Positions 55,381 to 63,658 are shown, counted from the first letter of the stretch. The stretch: 64,000 bases of DNA from Candidatus Sungiibacteriota bacterium (GCA_016203665.1 JACQMJ010000008.1:19150-83149), one strand, 5' to 3'. The notes: generated by a model from the letters alone, not told the origin. A program made the numbers and translations.

Positions 55381-56052
55381 CTAGCCGTAATATTTATCTT
55401 TATAAAACCGAATGAGCTGCTCTACCTCGGTAATGATTTCGGGGCTTCCGACGCCGACTTTCAGCTTCCGCTGCACGGCATCGAGGTCCATCGCCCCCTC
55501 GAGCACCGCCTCCTCGATATCGCGGTCCGTGATGTTGAGCGCGGCATCGATCACCCGCGCCCCCTCCACCAGGATGCGCTCGTGCTGGCCGCTCTTCCGG
55601 AAATAGTCGTTGGCCGCCTTGCGAAAGGCCTTATCCGCGAGCACCGAGCAATGAATCTTGCGATTGGGCAGGCCGCCCAAGCGCTCCATGATGTGCTGGG
55701 GCCGGATGCCGAGAGCGTCCTTGATCGGCATGCCGCCCTCTTCAGTGACCATAACCGAGAACATCGAAGTCGCGGCAATGGCCGAGGCGCACCCGAACGT
55801 CCGCCATTTCAAATCGGTTATGCGCTCCGTGTCCGGGTCAACCTTCAGCCACATTTTCATCATGTCGCCGCAGGCCGGGCTGCCAACCATTCCCACCGCG
55901 CTGTAGCCAGACTCATCCGGCTCTTCCAGCATAATATTCCGCGGGTTGAAAAAGTGGTCCTTCACGATCGGCGAATAGTACCACTGCTCCCCAGTGTATT
56001 GATTCATAACGTCACCTGTGGCTGAATTGAGTTCGGGTTTCTGTTCTGGCAT
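55381..56052 (-). CDS. nifU: NifU-like Fe-S scaffold (IscU-like N-domain + BFD-like [2Fe-2S] central domain)
   Basis: IscU-like Cys ligands: GSPACGDMMKMWLKV and RTFGCASAIAATS, plus HCSV. The C-terminus has a BFD-like segment. The start is ambiguous (ATG 56052 or 56007). Confidence 0.75.
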   Translation of the reverse strand: MPEQKPELNSATGDVMNQYTGEQWYYSPIVKDHFFNPRNIMLEEPDESGYSAVGMVGSPACGDMMKMWLKVDPDTERITDLKWRTFGCASAIAATSMFSVMVTEEGGMPIKDALGIRPQHIMERLGGLPNRKIHCSVLADKAFRKAANDYFRKSGQHERILVEGARVIDAALNITDRDIEEAVLEGAMDLDAVQRKLKVGVGSPEIITEVEQLIRFYKDKYYG

Positions 56053-56101
56053 AGTGGATCTGTAATTTCGGAGCGCGATCACATAAAAAAGGGGGTGCGG
56101 T

Positions 56102-56488
56102 ATGCGCGTGGCGCAGATTGACATCCGGCGGAGAGGCGCGGCCGAGCCGGCTGCATCTCTTGCTGTCGGCCGGCGTCTCTTCGGTCACCCCGCGTTCTTC
56201 GAGCCGAAGTTATTGGAACGGGGCCTTCGCTTCTTTGTCCCGTTCGAAGCGGCAAAACTCAAGCTGTTGCCGGACGAAGAGCACATGACGCTGACATTGC
56301 AGGAGCGCGTGCTCCTGCGCCTCCGCACATACCTCACCGCCGAGCTCGGGGAGGGATGGGATCTCGATGAGGTCATCATTCTCGAAGGATCCGAAGCCGA
56401 ACGCGTACTAGCCTCGCTCGCAACCCAGACCGGATCTCCCGCCCCGGCCGAGGCAGAAACGCTGGGCGATGCCAACCGGATGTATTGA
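56102..56488 (+). CDS. hypothetical acidic protein (plus strand, low confidence)
   Basis: It is the only ORF in the 490-bp gap between nifU and iscS. There is no recognisable domain, so it may be non-coding. Confidence 0.2.
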   Translation: MRVAQIDIRRRGAAEPAASLAVGRRLFGHPAFFEPKLLERGLRFFVPFEAAKLKLLPDEEHMTLTLQERVLLRLRTYLTAELGEGWDLDEVIILEGSEAERVLASLATQTGSPAPAEAETLGDANRMY

Positions 56489-56613
56489 GCCGCACGCGCG
56501 TGCCGGCTCTTTTCTTTACCTGCCTGCAAACGATAGCCAGTAGCTATAGGTAAAAAACCTTGTCAAAGCTCCAAAAGGAGCGTCGGCGGCTACCGTTATT
56601 ATTTATACGTCTA

Positions 56614-57885
56614 TTATTTATACGTCCGCCCTCCTATTTTCACCCTCGCTCCCTGCCCCGCAAAAGCCTCGGGATGCGAAATGGCGCGTTGCCCGATTTC
56701 CATCTTCACCGGCGAAATTTGGCGGAGCTTGGCAATGATGCCGGGCAAAACTTCCATGACGCGATTCAGATCCTCTTTTGCGGTGGAGCGGCCGAGCGTA
56801 AAGCGAAGGGAGCTGTGAGCGTACTCGTAGGGCTTGCCGAGCGCCAAAATGACGTGCGAAGGATCAAGCGTCATTGAAGTGCAGGCCGAGCCGGTAGAAA
56901 TAGCTACCCCTTTATGATCGAGATAGAGCACAACCGCCTCGCCCTCCACATCCAGGATAGAAACATTTACGTTATTCGGCAGCCGCTTGACGGGGTCACC
57001 GTTCAGGTCGGTCTTAGGGATCTCGGCGGTGAGCCGGCGGATGAAGTAGTCGCGCAGTTCGCAGAGCCGCCGGGATTCCCGATCGCGCTCGGCATTGGCA
57101 ATTTCTAGGGCCTTTGCAAAACCGACAATCAGGGGAACGTTTTCAGTGCCGGAGCGGAGGTTTTTCTCCTGCCCGCCGCCCTGGAACATCGGCTTCAGGC
57201 GCACGCCCGAGCGGATATAGAGGCACCCCGAACCTTTAGGACCATAAATTTTGCCGCCGTTTAGGGAAAGGAGATCCGCCCCGAGCCGTTCAACGTTCAG
57301 GTCCAAGAACCCGGCAGCCTGCGACGCGTCGCAGTGGAAATAAATCGGCGACTGATTGCTGTCAGCTATTCGCTTTCGTCTTTCGACTTTCAGCATTCGT
57401 CCAATCTCCGCAGTCGGCTGAATAGTCCCGATCTCGTTATTGGCGTACATGACCGAAACGAGAAGCGTATCAGGACGGATGGCCGCGCGAAGCGTTTCCG
57501 GCTCCACGATCCCCTCGACGCTTACCGGCAGATACGTTACTGCCCAGCCATCGCGTTCCAAACGCTCAAATGTGCGGAGGCCGGCATGGTGCTCAAAAGC
57601 GGTCGTGATGAGATGCCCCGTCTTTGCCGCCGCGCCGGCCGCCCCGAAAATGGCGATATTGTCGGCCTCGGTGCTCCCGGCAGTAAAAATAATTTCATCG
57701 GGCTTTGCGCCCAAAATCCACGCCACGGTTTCGCGGCTCGCATCCACGGCGTCCTTGGCGAGCCGGCCCTGGCGGTAGAGCGCGGAAGGATTGCCGTACG
57801 CATCGTCCCAGTATGGTGCCATCGCCGCTTTCACGCGGGGGTCGAGCGGCGTGGCGGCGGCATGGTCGAGGTATATTTCGCGCAT
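56614..57885 (-). CDS. iscS: cysteine desulfurase (NifS/IscS, class V aminotransferase)
   Basis: PLP-Lys context SLNGGKIYGPKGSG and the catalytic Cys loop STGSACTS are present. A strong SD (GGAGGAG) precedes ATG 57885. The C-terminal extension is about 35 aa. Confidence 0.85.
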   Translation of the reverse strand: MREIYLDHAAATPLDPRVKAAMAPYWDDAYGNPSALYRQGRLAKDAVDASRETVAWILGAKPDEIIFTAGSTEADNIAIFGAAGAAAKTGHLITTAFEHHAGLRTFERLERDGWAVTYLPVSVEGIVEPETLRAAIRPDTLLVSVMYANNEIGTIQPTAEIGRMLKVERRKRIADSNQSPIYFHCDASQAAGFLDLNVERLGADLLSLNGGKIYGPKGSGCLYIRSGVRLKPMFQGGGQEKNLRSGTENVPLIVGFAKALEIANAERDRESRRLCELRDYFIRRLTAEIPKTDLNGDPVKRLPNNVNVSILDVEGEAVVLYLDHKGVAISTGSACTSMTLDPSHVILALGKPYEYAHSSLRFTLGRSTAKEDLNRVMEVLPGIIAKLRQISPVKMEIGQRAISHPEAFAGQGARVKIGGRTYK

Positions 57886-57919
57886 ATCGTTCACTCCTCC
57901 ATTTCTCATTTCTCGTTTC

Positions 57920-58207
57920 TCACTTCTCCATTTCTCGAAGCACCGGGCAAAATTGCTGTATGGGGCTGTAGAAATTAATCAGCGCCTCTACGGAAACCTG
58001 ACCGCCATCCTTGCTGAGCCGGTAGCCGCCATACGGCCCCTTGCGCGACTCTAACCATCCGGCCTGTTTCAACTCCTGGGCAACTTTTTCGAGGTAGGCC
58101 CGCGGCAAACCTAATGCCTCGGCAATTGTTCCGACGCCTGCGAATGTCCCACCCTGCTCCCGGAGGGAGCCGAGGAGAGCGATGGCGTAATCAAAGCGTT
58201 TCCGCAT
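57920..58207 (-). CDS. Rrf2-family winged-helix transcriptional regulator, short form lacking the Cys cluster ligands
   Basis: Rrf2 N-terminal wHTH: MRKRFDYAIALLGSLREQ...TIAEALGLPRAYLEKVAQELKQAGWLESRKGPYGGYRL. It is 95 aa with a single Cys, so the three-Cys Fe-S ligand set of IscR is absent. Confidence 0.7.
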   Translation of the reverse strand: MRKRFDYAIALLGSLREQGGTFAGVGTIAEALGLPRAYLEKVAQELKQAGWLESRKGPYGGYRLSKDGGQVSVEALINFYSPIQQFCPVLREMEK

Positions 58208-58319
58208 GGGATTTCCTAATCCGGATAGATTTAGTCCGATTATAACCGGCGGCCCGGCGGTAGCAAGGGACTTGCCCTTGACATCCTAAAAAGAAATGGA
58301 GCGCCGATCAAAACTCACC

Positions 58320-58357
58320 CATAAGGTTTATTGACCGATCGGCCAATAAACCTTATG
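58320..58357. promoter_or_regulatory. 38-bp near-perfect palindrome upstream of rrf2 (candidate Rrf2 operator)
   Basis: cataaggtttattg-accgatcggc-caataaaccttatg: perfect 14-nt arms flank a 10-nt spacer. It lies about 115 nt upstream of the rrf2 ATG (58207). Confidence 0.5.
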
Positions 58358-58715
58358 TCGGCCGAGATACCCCATAAATCCTGCCGCAGCAAAACGCAAA
58401 TACCTCAAGCAACAAAACTGCCGATTACCTTTGAACTTTTGGGGCCATCGGATAAAATAAACCCAGTAAACTAGTCCTTGCACACCCACCTCACTTAGGG
58501 AAGGTTATACAACATCTGTTGAAAGATTCTTTGGGGCACTTGGAAATAAATACTATGAAGCCTACTAGAGAGATGTTCCAACTCGGGCAAGCGGTTTTCT
58601 TGGAGGGAATAGAAAAACTGAAGATATGCAAACAGTTAGATTTTGTTCATGATAGAGACGAGTGGCAGCGCTCGGCCGGCGCATCCGCGCCTGCGTGTCC
58701 GAGGAATTGGAGGGA

Positions 58716-58880
58716 GGAATGCTGACCGACGCTCTGGTGAAGCTGATTGGCGATAAAATCATCCCTCATCTCTCCCGGAATATCGTTAGCAGGATGACGG
58801 CCGCCAAAATGCAGAAAGAACTGTCGGACGCGCTGTATCAAGCCGTCATCAAGGCATTGCACGAAGCATCAAGGCCATGA
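58716..58880 (+). CDS. small hypothetical protein (54 aa) with strong ribosome-binding site
   Basis: GGAGGGAGGA lies immediately 5' of ATG 58716 (MLTDALVKLIGDKIIPHLSRNIVSRMTAAKMQKELSDALYQAVIKALHEASRP). It sits in a lower-GC spacer between rrf2 and the MFS gene. Confidence 0.35.
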   Translation, partial: GMLTDALVKLIGDKIIPHLSRNIVSRMTAAKMQKELSDALYQAVIKALHEASRP

Positions 58881-58953
58881 AATATGAAATACTACCGTTG
58901 TTACTTGGTAGATGCGCCCCGACTGTTTGCGCAACCACTTCGCTTGAGAGAAG

Positions 58954-60258
58954 TTACGTAACCTGTGTAGGAGTAGAATGATTCCGCATCGTAATGCGTT
59001 GCATGAGTAGGAACCCGATCGCCGCGGCGAGCGCAAGGCCCGCCCCGTATGAGAAGGCGACATGGCTCCCGAAATGCTGACTCAAGTAGCCGAACGCCAC
59101 GCTCGCCGGCAGGAGCGCGAGGCCGGTCGCGGCGTTGTAAATACCAAAGGCTGTGGCCCGGATCCCCGGCGGAACGAGGCTGGCGACAATGGCGCGGCCG
59201 ACACCCTCGGTGAGCGCGGCGTAAATGCCGTAGGCGATAAAGAGGAACCAGATACTTTGCGGCGTGGCAACAAACGCCATGCCGAGATAGACCGCCGCGA
59301 AAAGGAAAAGGCCGGCCGTATAGGTATTCCGCTTGCCGACCCGATCGGCGACGGCGCCGAAGGGTGTGGCAAGAACCGCAAACGTGATGCTAAAAACAAA
59401 ATAGAGAATCGGAATGAGCGCAATCGCGATGCCGACATCCCTCGCCTTGAGGATGAGAAACGCCTCGGATGCTTTACCAAGCGATGCTACCGCGGCAACG
59501 GCGAGAAAAAGAAAGAACGGCAGGCTAAGCCCTACAGGGCTTGATATGCGAGCCCTACTTGAATTGTTAAACGAATTAACACGAATATCGGATACTTGCG
59601 GCCGCGCCGGCTTATCCGCCGTAGCCGTGGCGGAGGCGGAAGGCGCGGCCGCAGCCGTGCCATCAGCCTTAATCTCGCGCACGAAGAATATCAGGATGAG
59701 GACCGCAAAGAAGCTGGCGATGAACGAGAACAGAAAAAGCAGGCGATAATTTTGATTTATAAGCGGCAGTATGGCAAAAGCGGCGAGCGGACCGAGTGCG
59801 GCGCCAAGCGTATCCATGCCGCGGTGGAACCCGAAGGCGCGGCCGTAAAGGGCGCGCTCCGTGGAGAAACTGATGAGCGCGTCGCGGGGGGCATCGCGCG
59901 TGCCCTTGCCCACGCGATCCATGAAGCGTACCCCGAGCACGTGCCATGGCGCAGTGGCTGCGGCAAGGATCGGTTTGGCGAGCGCCGATAGCGAATAGCC
60001 GGCTACTACCAGAGGCTTTCGCCTTTGCCAGCGGTCGGATATCCGGCCGGATACGATCTTCAAAATACTCGCCGTAGCATCGGCAACTCCCTCCACGACT
60101 CCAACGAAGGCATAGGACGCGCCGAGTACCGAGGTTAGAAAAATCGGTATGAATGGGAAGATCATGTCCGATGACAAATCGTTCAGGAATGACACGACCC
60201 CCATCCAGATAACGTTCGGCGACAACCCCAAAAACGTTTTTTTCGCCTGCTGGTTCAT
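58954..60258 (-). CDS. MFS transporter with low-complexity central-loop insertion
   Basis: 12 TM helices in 6+6 arrangement. MFS motif A-like GRISDRWQRRKP after TM2. The central loop carries AAAAPSASATATADKPARPQV.... Confidence 0.75.
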   Translation of the reverse strand: MNQQAKKTFLGLSPNVIWMGVVSFLNDLSSDMIFPFIPIFLTSVLGASYAFVGVVEGVADATASILKIVSGRISDRWQRRKPLVVAGYSLSALAKPILAAATAPWHVLGVRFMDRVGKGTRDAPRDALISFSTERALYGRAFGFHRGMDTLGAALGPLAAFAILPLINQNYRLLFLFSFIASFFAVLILIFFVREIKADGTAAAAPSASATATADKPARPQVSDIRVNSFNNSSRARISSPVGLSLPFFLFLAVAAVASLGKASEAFLILKARDVGIAIALIPILYFVFSITFAVLATPFGAVADRVGKRNTYTAGLFLFAAVYLGMAFVATPQSIWFLFIAYGIYAALTEGVGRAIVASLVPPGIRATAFGIYNAATGLALLPASVAFGYLSQHFGSHVAFSYGAGLALAAAIGFLLMQRITMRNHSTPTQVT

Positions 60259-60887
60259 AAGGGAGCGGCGGCGAGGTGCTTATACTCCGCCCCTGACGGT
60301 TTCAGGTGCGACTCCATCACGGTGACCTCATTCGCCTCAAAGCTAAAATCAACCTCGCCGAGCGTGCGGGTTTTGGATTCAAGTTCCTTTAATTCGCCGG
60401 GCTCGAAGCGCGCGAGCGTTACGTGGAGATGCACCGGTCGGCTCTCCGGTTTCAGCGGCGGCAATTCTTTCTCTGCGCCCCACACTTTCTCAATCTTCTT
60501 TTTCAGCCGCACGAGTTCCGGCGGCGTATCGCCTTCGAGCCAGATCATCCGCGCCTGCCCCGTTAGAGGCCCGTTCCGCTTTTGGCGGAACGGCAGCTCC
60601 GACATCCGGTCGGAGCTTGCCTCTAACGGGGCCTGTACGCCGGCCGGCGCCAGCACTACGCGCGAAAAACGGATCAGAAACGGCTTCCCGAAACGGCTAC
60701 GGCCGGCGAGTGCGGAGAGTACTTCGACCTCACGATTTTCCAAGTAGACCGGTGGAACGATGGTAATATGCCAGTTCGTAGGCGCGAGCCACCAAATGGG
60801 CAGCCAGCGCCATTGGGCGATGGCATCTTCAATCCCCCGCTTCAATTCCGGCGGCAAGTCAATGACAACAAAAATGCGCCGCTTCAT
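60255..60887 (-). CDS. ligT: 2'-5' RNA ligase / 2H phosphoesterase (LigT/ThpR family) carrying an in-frame repeat-element insertion
   Basis: Two H-x-T/S-x motifs (NWHITIVPP and PVHLHVTLARF) are present. The spacing between them is about 30 aa longer than in canonical LigT. The extra segment APLEASSDRMSELPFRQKRNGPLTGQA is encoded exactly by the palindromic element at 60557-60632. Confidence 0.65.
   Translation of the reverse strand: MKRRIFVVIDLPPELKRGIEDAIAQWRWLPIWWLAPTNWHITIVPPVYLENREVEVLSALAGRSRFGKPFLIRFSRVVLAPAGVQAPLEASSDRMSELPFRQKRNGPLTGQARMIWLEGDTPPELVRLKKKIEKVWGAEKELPPLKPESRPVHLHVTLARFEPGELKELESKTRTLGEVDFSFEANEVTVMESHLKPSGAEYKHLAAAPL
60557..60632. repeat. second copy of palindromic element with 14-nt terminal IR gccccgttagaggc / gcctctaacggggc, inside ligT CDS
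   Basis: Termini are identical to the 2042-2105 copy, and the flanking ct...ctg also match. The internal loop differs but is itself hairpin-forming (ccgttccgc tttt ggcggaacgg; ctccgac atccg gtcggag). The insert length of about 81 nt equals 27 codons. Confidence 0.6.
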
Positions 60888-60915
60888 CTTTTGATGATAC
60901 CACGGCTCACAAAAG

Positions 60916-61461
60916 CTACCGCCGTTTCACCAGCTCTCTAAACCGCGGATGCTCGTCGAGGATGCGCGCCTCTTCAATACACCAATCAGAATATTTGTCG
61001 GGGTTCGTAGCGATGTCCTGCAGGAACGCTCCCCAACCAAGCCAGGCGGCCGCCTCAACTTCAACCGGATTCAACGATGGTTCTTCGCGGGTGAATCCGA
61101 CGAGAATGGGACAGATCTCGTTCTCCATCACGCCGTCCCGGGAATAGCGGTAGCGATACGGTGCAACCTCCTCCAAAACTTCCGCCCGCATGCCGAGTTC
61201 GTCCTTGAGGCGGCGCTCGGCTGCGCGAACGTTCGTCTCGCCGAGCTCGGGGTGCCCGCAGCAGGAATTGGACCACACGAGCGGCCATGTCTTCTTTTTC
61301 GAACTGCGCTGTTGTAAGAGCACTTGTCCGCGCGGGTTAAACAAAAATAATGAAAAGCCGCGGTGGAGCGGAGTGGATTCGTGGTGCACCTCGGCTTTAG
61401 GCATAGTACCGAGCACCGAATTCGTTTCGTCTACAAGGACAACGTGTTCTGCCGGGGACAT
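60916..61461 (-). CDS. idi: isopentenyl-diphosphate delta-isomerase, type 1 (NUDIX superfamily)
   Basis: Idi-1 signature: WPLVWSNSCCGHPELGE (catalytic Cys/Glu region), plus Idi-like length when started at ATG 61461 (MSPAEHVVLVDE, 181 aa). Confidence 0.7.
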   Translation of the reverse strand: MSPAEHVVLVDETNSVLGTMPKAEVHHESTPLHRGFSLFLFNPRGQVLLQQRSSKKKTWPLVWSNSCCGHPELGETNVRAAERRLKDELGMRAEVLEEVAPYRYRYSRDGVMENEICPILVGFTREEPSLNPVEVEAAAWLGWGAFLQDIATNPDKYSDWCIEEARILDEHPRFRELVKRR

Positions 61462-61502
61462 GCGATTTTTACGTATGATAACAGCGCGCCCTGCTTCGTA
61501 CA

Positions 61503-62930
61503 ATGACATATACTGGAAATACCCGTGCAATGGTTCTGCGCCACCCTCTAATTCCGTGGTTAGTGTTGATAGCGCTTGCCGCCGCTTTTAATCTTGTCCT
61601 GCTCGGTCGCCTGCCGCTTGAGGATGCGGACGAGGCGACCTACGCCATGGTGGCGCGCGAAATGAGCGAAAACGGCGATTATATCGTGCCGCGTATTGAT
61701 GGTGCGCCGTGGGTGGATAAGCCGCCCCTTTATTTTTGGCTGGCCGCCTCAAGCGCAAAAATTTTCGGAGAGAACGAATTCTCTCTCCGCCTGCCATCCG
61801 TACTTGCCGGCATCGCCGCGGTCGTTTTGACGGCGCTCATAGTCCGGCAACTGACGCAGGACAAAGAATCCGCGCTTTTCAGCGGGCTTGTGCTTATTTC
61901 CTTGCCGCTCTTCCTTTTGGCCAGCCGGAATATGCGGCTTGACGTGCCCGTCAGCACAGCCATCCTTGCCGCCATTTATTGTTTCCTAAAGGGACGCGAG
62001 CGGCCTGGCTGGTTTGCCGGCGTCGGCACTGCCATAGGCATCGGCGTTCTTCTAAAAAGCGTCGTGGGCCTCTTGGCCCTGCCGCTCATTCTTATATTCT
62101 CACTCATCTACCGCGACTGGCGCTGGCTGAAAAATCATTACTTTTGGATAGGCGCCGCGCTCGGCATTGCCATCGCCCTGCCTTGGCACTTGGCCATGGA
62201 AGCGGCGCTTGACGGATTTTTCGCACACTATTTCGGTTTCCAGATCGGCCGCGCCGCCGTGAATATTTTGGAAAGCCAGATAACTGCGGCTTATGTGCTC
62301 TGGGTGTTTTTCCGCCACGGCCAGCCATGGAGCTCGCTCCTCATTGCCGGCGCCGCGGGTTGGCTCGCCGCGCGGTTCGCCGGATGGCGGCGCGGCAATC
62401 CCGAGATCGCGCGCGCCGTATGGTTTTCCCTTGCCGCGTGGCTCTTCTTTTTTGGTTTTTTCCTTTTGCCGAAAACAAAGCTCATCACCTATTTCATCCC
62501 CTCCTATCCTTTTGCCGCGATATTTTTGGGCGCGCTTTACGCCGCAATTCTCCAAACCAAAAGCCGCACGGTTTTCCGAGCGGTCGGCCGCGCCGCCATA
62601 ATTGCCGCGCTTATCCTTTCCGTCCGCGAGGCATTCTTAGATACGCGTCTTTACGTAACTGCGGCGTCAGCCGACGAAAAGTCCATTGGCCTTACGCTTG
62701 CCGGAGAATCGGCTGGAATTCCGATCTACCTCTACGAATTCCCTCCCGACCAATCCATACAATACTATAGCCGCCGTCCAGTGCGGCATATCTCGGCCGC
62801 GAGCGGCGTCGCGTTAGCCCCGCCGTTTAACCTCATCATTCCCACGCCGCTCATTGCCGAAAACAAATGGCTGAATGCGTTTCCGCCGCTTTATCGGGGT
62901 AAGTCGTTGGCGCTGTATAGAATTGAATAA
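61503..62930 (+). CDS. GT-C glycosyltransferase, GT39/GT83 (ArnT/PMT_2-like)
   Basis: N-terminal ...LLGRLPLEDADEATYAMVAREMSENGDYIVPRIDGAPWVDKPPLYFWL is the characteristic DE/Y..ARE/KPP first periplasmic loop of ArnT/Pmt-type enzymes. Multiple TM helices follow. Confidence 0.7.
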   Translation: MTYTGNTRAMVLRHPLIPWLVLIALAAAFNLVLLGRLPLEDADEATYAMVAREMSENGDYIVPRIDGAPWVDKPPLYFWLAASSAKIFGENEFSLRLPSVLAGIAAVVLTALIVRQLTQDKESALFSGLVLISLPLFLLASRNMRLDVPVSTAILAAIYCFLKGRERPGWFAGVGTAIGIGVLLKSVVGLLALPLILIFSLIYRDWRWLKNHYFWIGAALGIAIALPWHLAMEAALDGFFAHYFGFQIGRAAVNILESQITAAYVLWVFFRHGQPWSSLLIAGAAGWLAARFAGWRRGNPEIARAVWFSLAAWLFFFGFFLLPKTKLITYFIPSYPFAAIFLGALYAAILQTKSRTVFRAVGRAAIIAALILSVREAFLDTRLYVTAASADEKSIGLTLAGESAGIPIYLYEFPPDQSIQYYSRRPVRHISAASGVALAPPFNLIIPTPLIAENKWLNAFPPLYRGKSLALYRIE

Positions 62931-63017
62931 GACTCCGGGACAGGGACTCGTTCCGCTTCCAACGGGATTCGCGTTTCCTGTTGACACTGGTGATACACTT
63001 TTGATACACTTTTGGGT

Positions 63018-63242
63018 ATGCCCACAACCAAAAAGCGGATCAATGTAAGCATATCAAGAGACCTGGATGAGGCATTGTCTACAGCCGCCAAAAGAGACGG
63101 TGTTCCCGAAGCAACAAAGGCGGCTGAATTGCTTCGGCTCGGTCTTGAGATCGATGAGGATATGTTATTGGAACAAATAGCGAGCGAGCGGTATCGGACT
63201 TCAAAAAAGTTTCTCTCCCATAAAGCAGTGTGGCGCCGCTAG
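63018..63242 (+). CDS. ribbon-helix-helix antitoxin (RelB/DinJ/CopG-like)
   Basis: Short protein with N-terminal beta-strand/RHH (KKRINVSISRDLDEALSTAAKRDGV). Its stop is 3 nt before the toxin ATG. Confidence 0.55.
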   Translation: MPTTKKRINVSISRDLDEALSTAAKRDGVPEATKAAELLRLGLEIDEDMLLEQIASERYRTSKKFLSHKAVWRR

Positions 63243-63245
63243 GAT

Positions 63246-63521
63246 ATGCGGTATGCGGTCAAATACGATACCCGTGTCCCGGGCGATTTACAATCTATTG
63301 ATGTGCCGTCCGGGAAAAGGATACGGAACGCAATTGAAGCCAAGCTGACCGCACAGCCCGAACTGTTTGGAAAACCCCTCCGTCATTCTCTCGCCGGATT
63401 CCGAGTTCTGCGCGTCGGCATGTACCGAGTAGTGTATCTCATCGAACAGTCCGTCGTGTTGGTGCTGTTGATTGGCGACAGAAAACACGTTTACCAAGAG
63501 GCGTTCAAAAGATTAGGCTGA
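63246..63521 (+). CDS. RelE/ParE-family type II toxin
   Basis: 91 aa. C-terminal ...GMYRVVYLIEQSVVLVLLIGDRKHVYQ matches the RelE/ParE beta-sheet core and the conserved R/K-H-Y ending. Confidence 0.65.
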   Translation: MRYAVKYDTRVPGDLQSIDVPSGKRIRNAIEAKLTAQPELFGKPLRHSLAGFRVLRVGMYRVVYLIEQSVVLVLLIGDRKHVYQEAFKRLG

Positions 63522-63543
63522 AGGGTATCATCCATTTCGCCCC

Positions 63544-63587
63544 GGGACAGGGATTTGAACCCCAGTTTCCGCGTCTCCCGCACAAAA
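63544..63587 (-). pseudogene. tRNA 3' fragment (T-arm + 3' acceptor strand only), possible integration remnant
   Basis: The minus strand reads ...GGAAAC TGGGG TTCAAAT CCCTG TCCCGGG G: a T-loop TTCAAAT, a 5-bp T-stem with two G·U pairs, and a 7-nt acceptor 3' strand. No cognate 5' half exists, because the adjacent tRNA-Gln occupies that space. Confidence 0.3.
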
Positions 63588-63658
63588 CTCGGGGGCTTGG
63601 ATTCGAACCAAGATACCATGCTCCAGAGGCATGGGTCCTACCGTTAGACGACCCCCGA
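63588..63658 (-). tRNA. tRNA-Gln (anticodon CUG)
   Basis: Minus-strand cloverleaf: acceptor TCGGGGG/CCCCCGA, D-arm GTC-TAACGGTAG-GAC, anticodon stem CATGC/GCATG with loop CT-CTG-GA, T-arm CTTGG-TTCGAAT-CCAAG. CCA is not encoded. Confidence 0.75.

Noticed and set aside
63544-63587. tmRNA (ssrA) 3' tRNA-like domain
   Set aside because: The T-arm resembles the tmRNA tRNA-like domain. However, the acceptor strand does not end in the conserved CCACCA context, no matching 5' GGGG... partner exists nearby, and intact tRNAs occupy the adjacent space.
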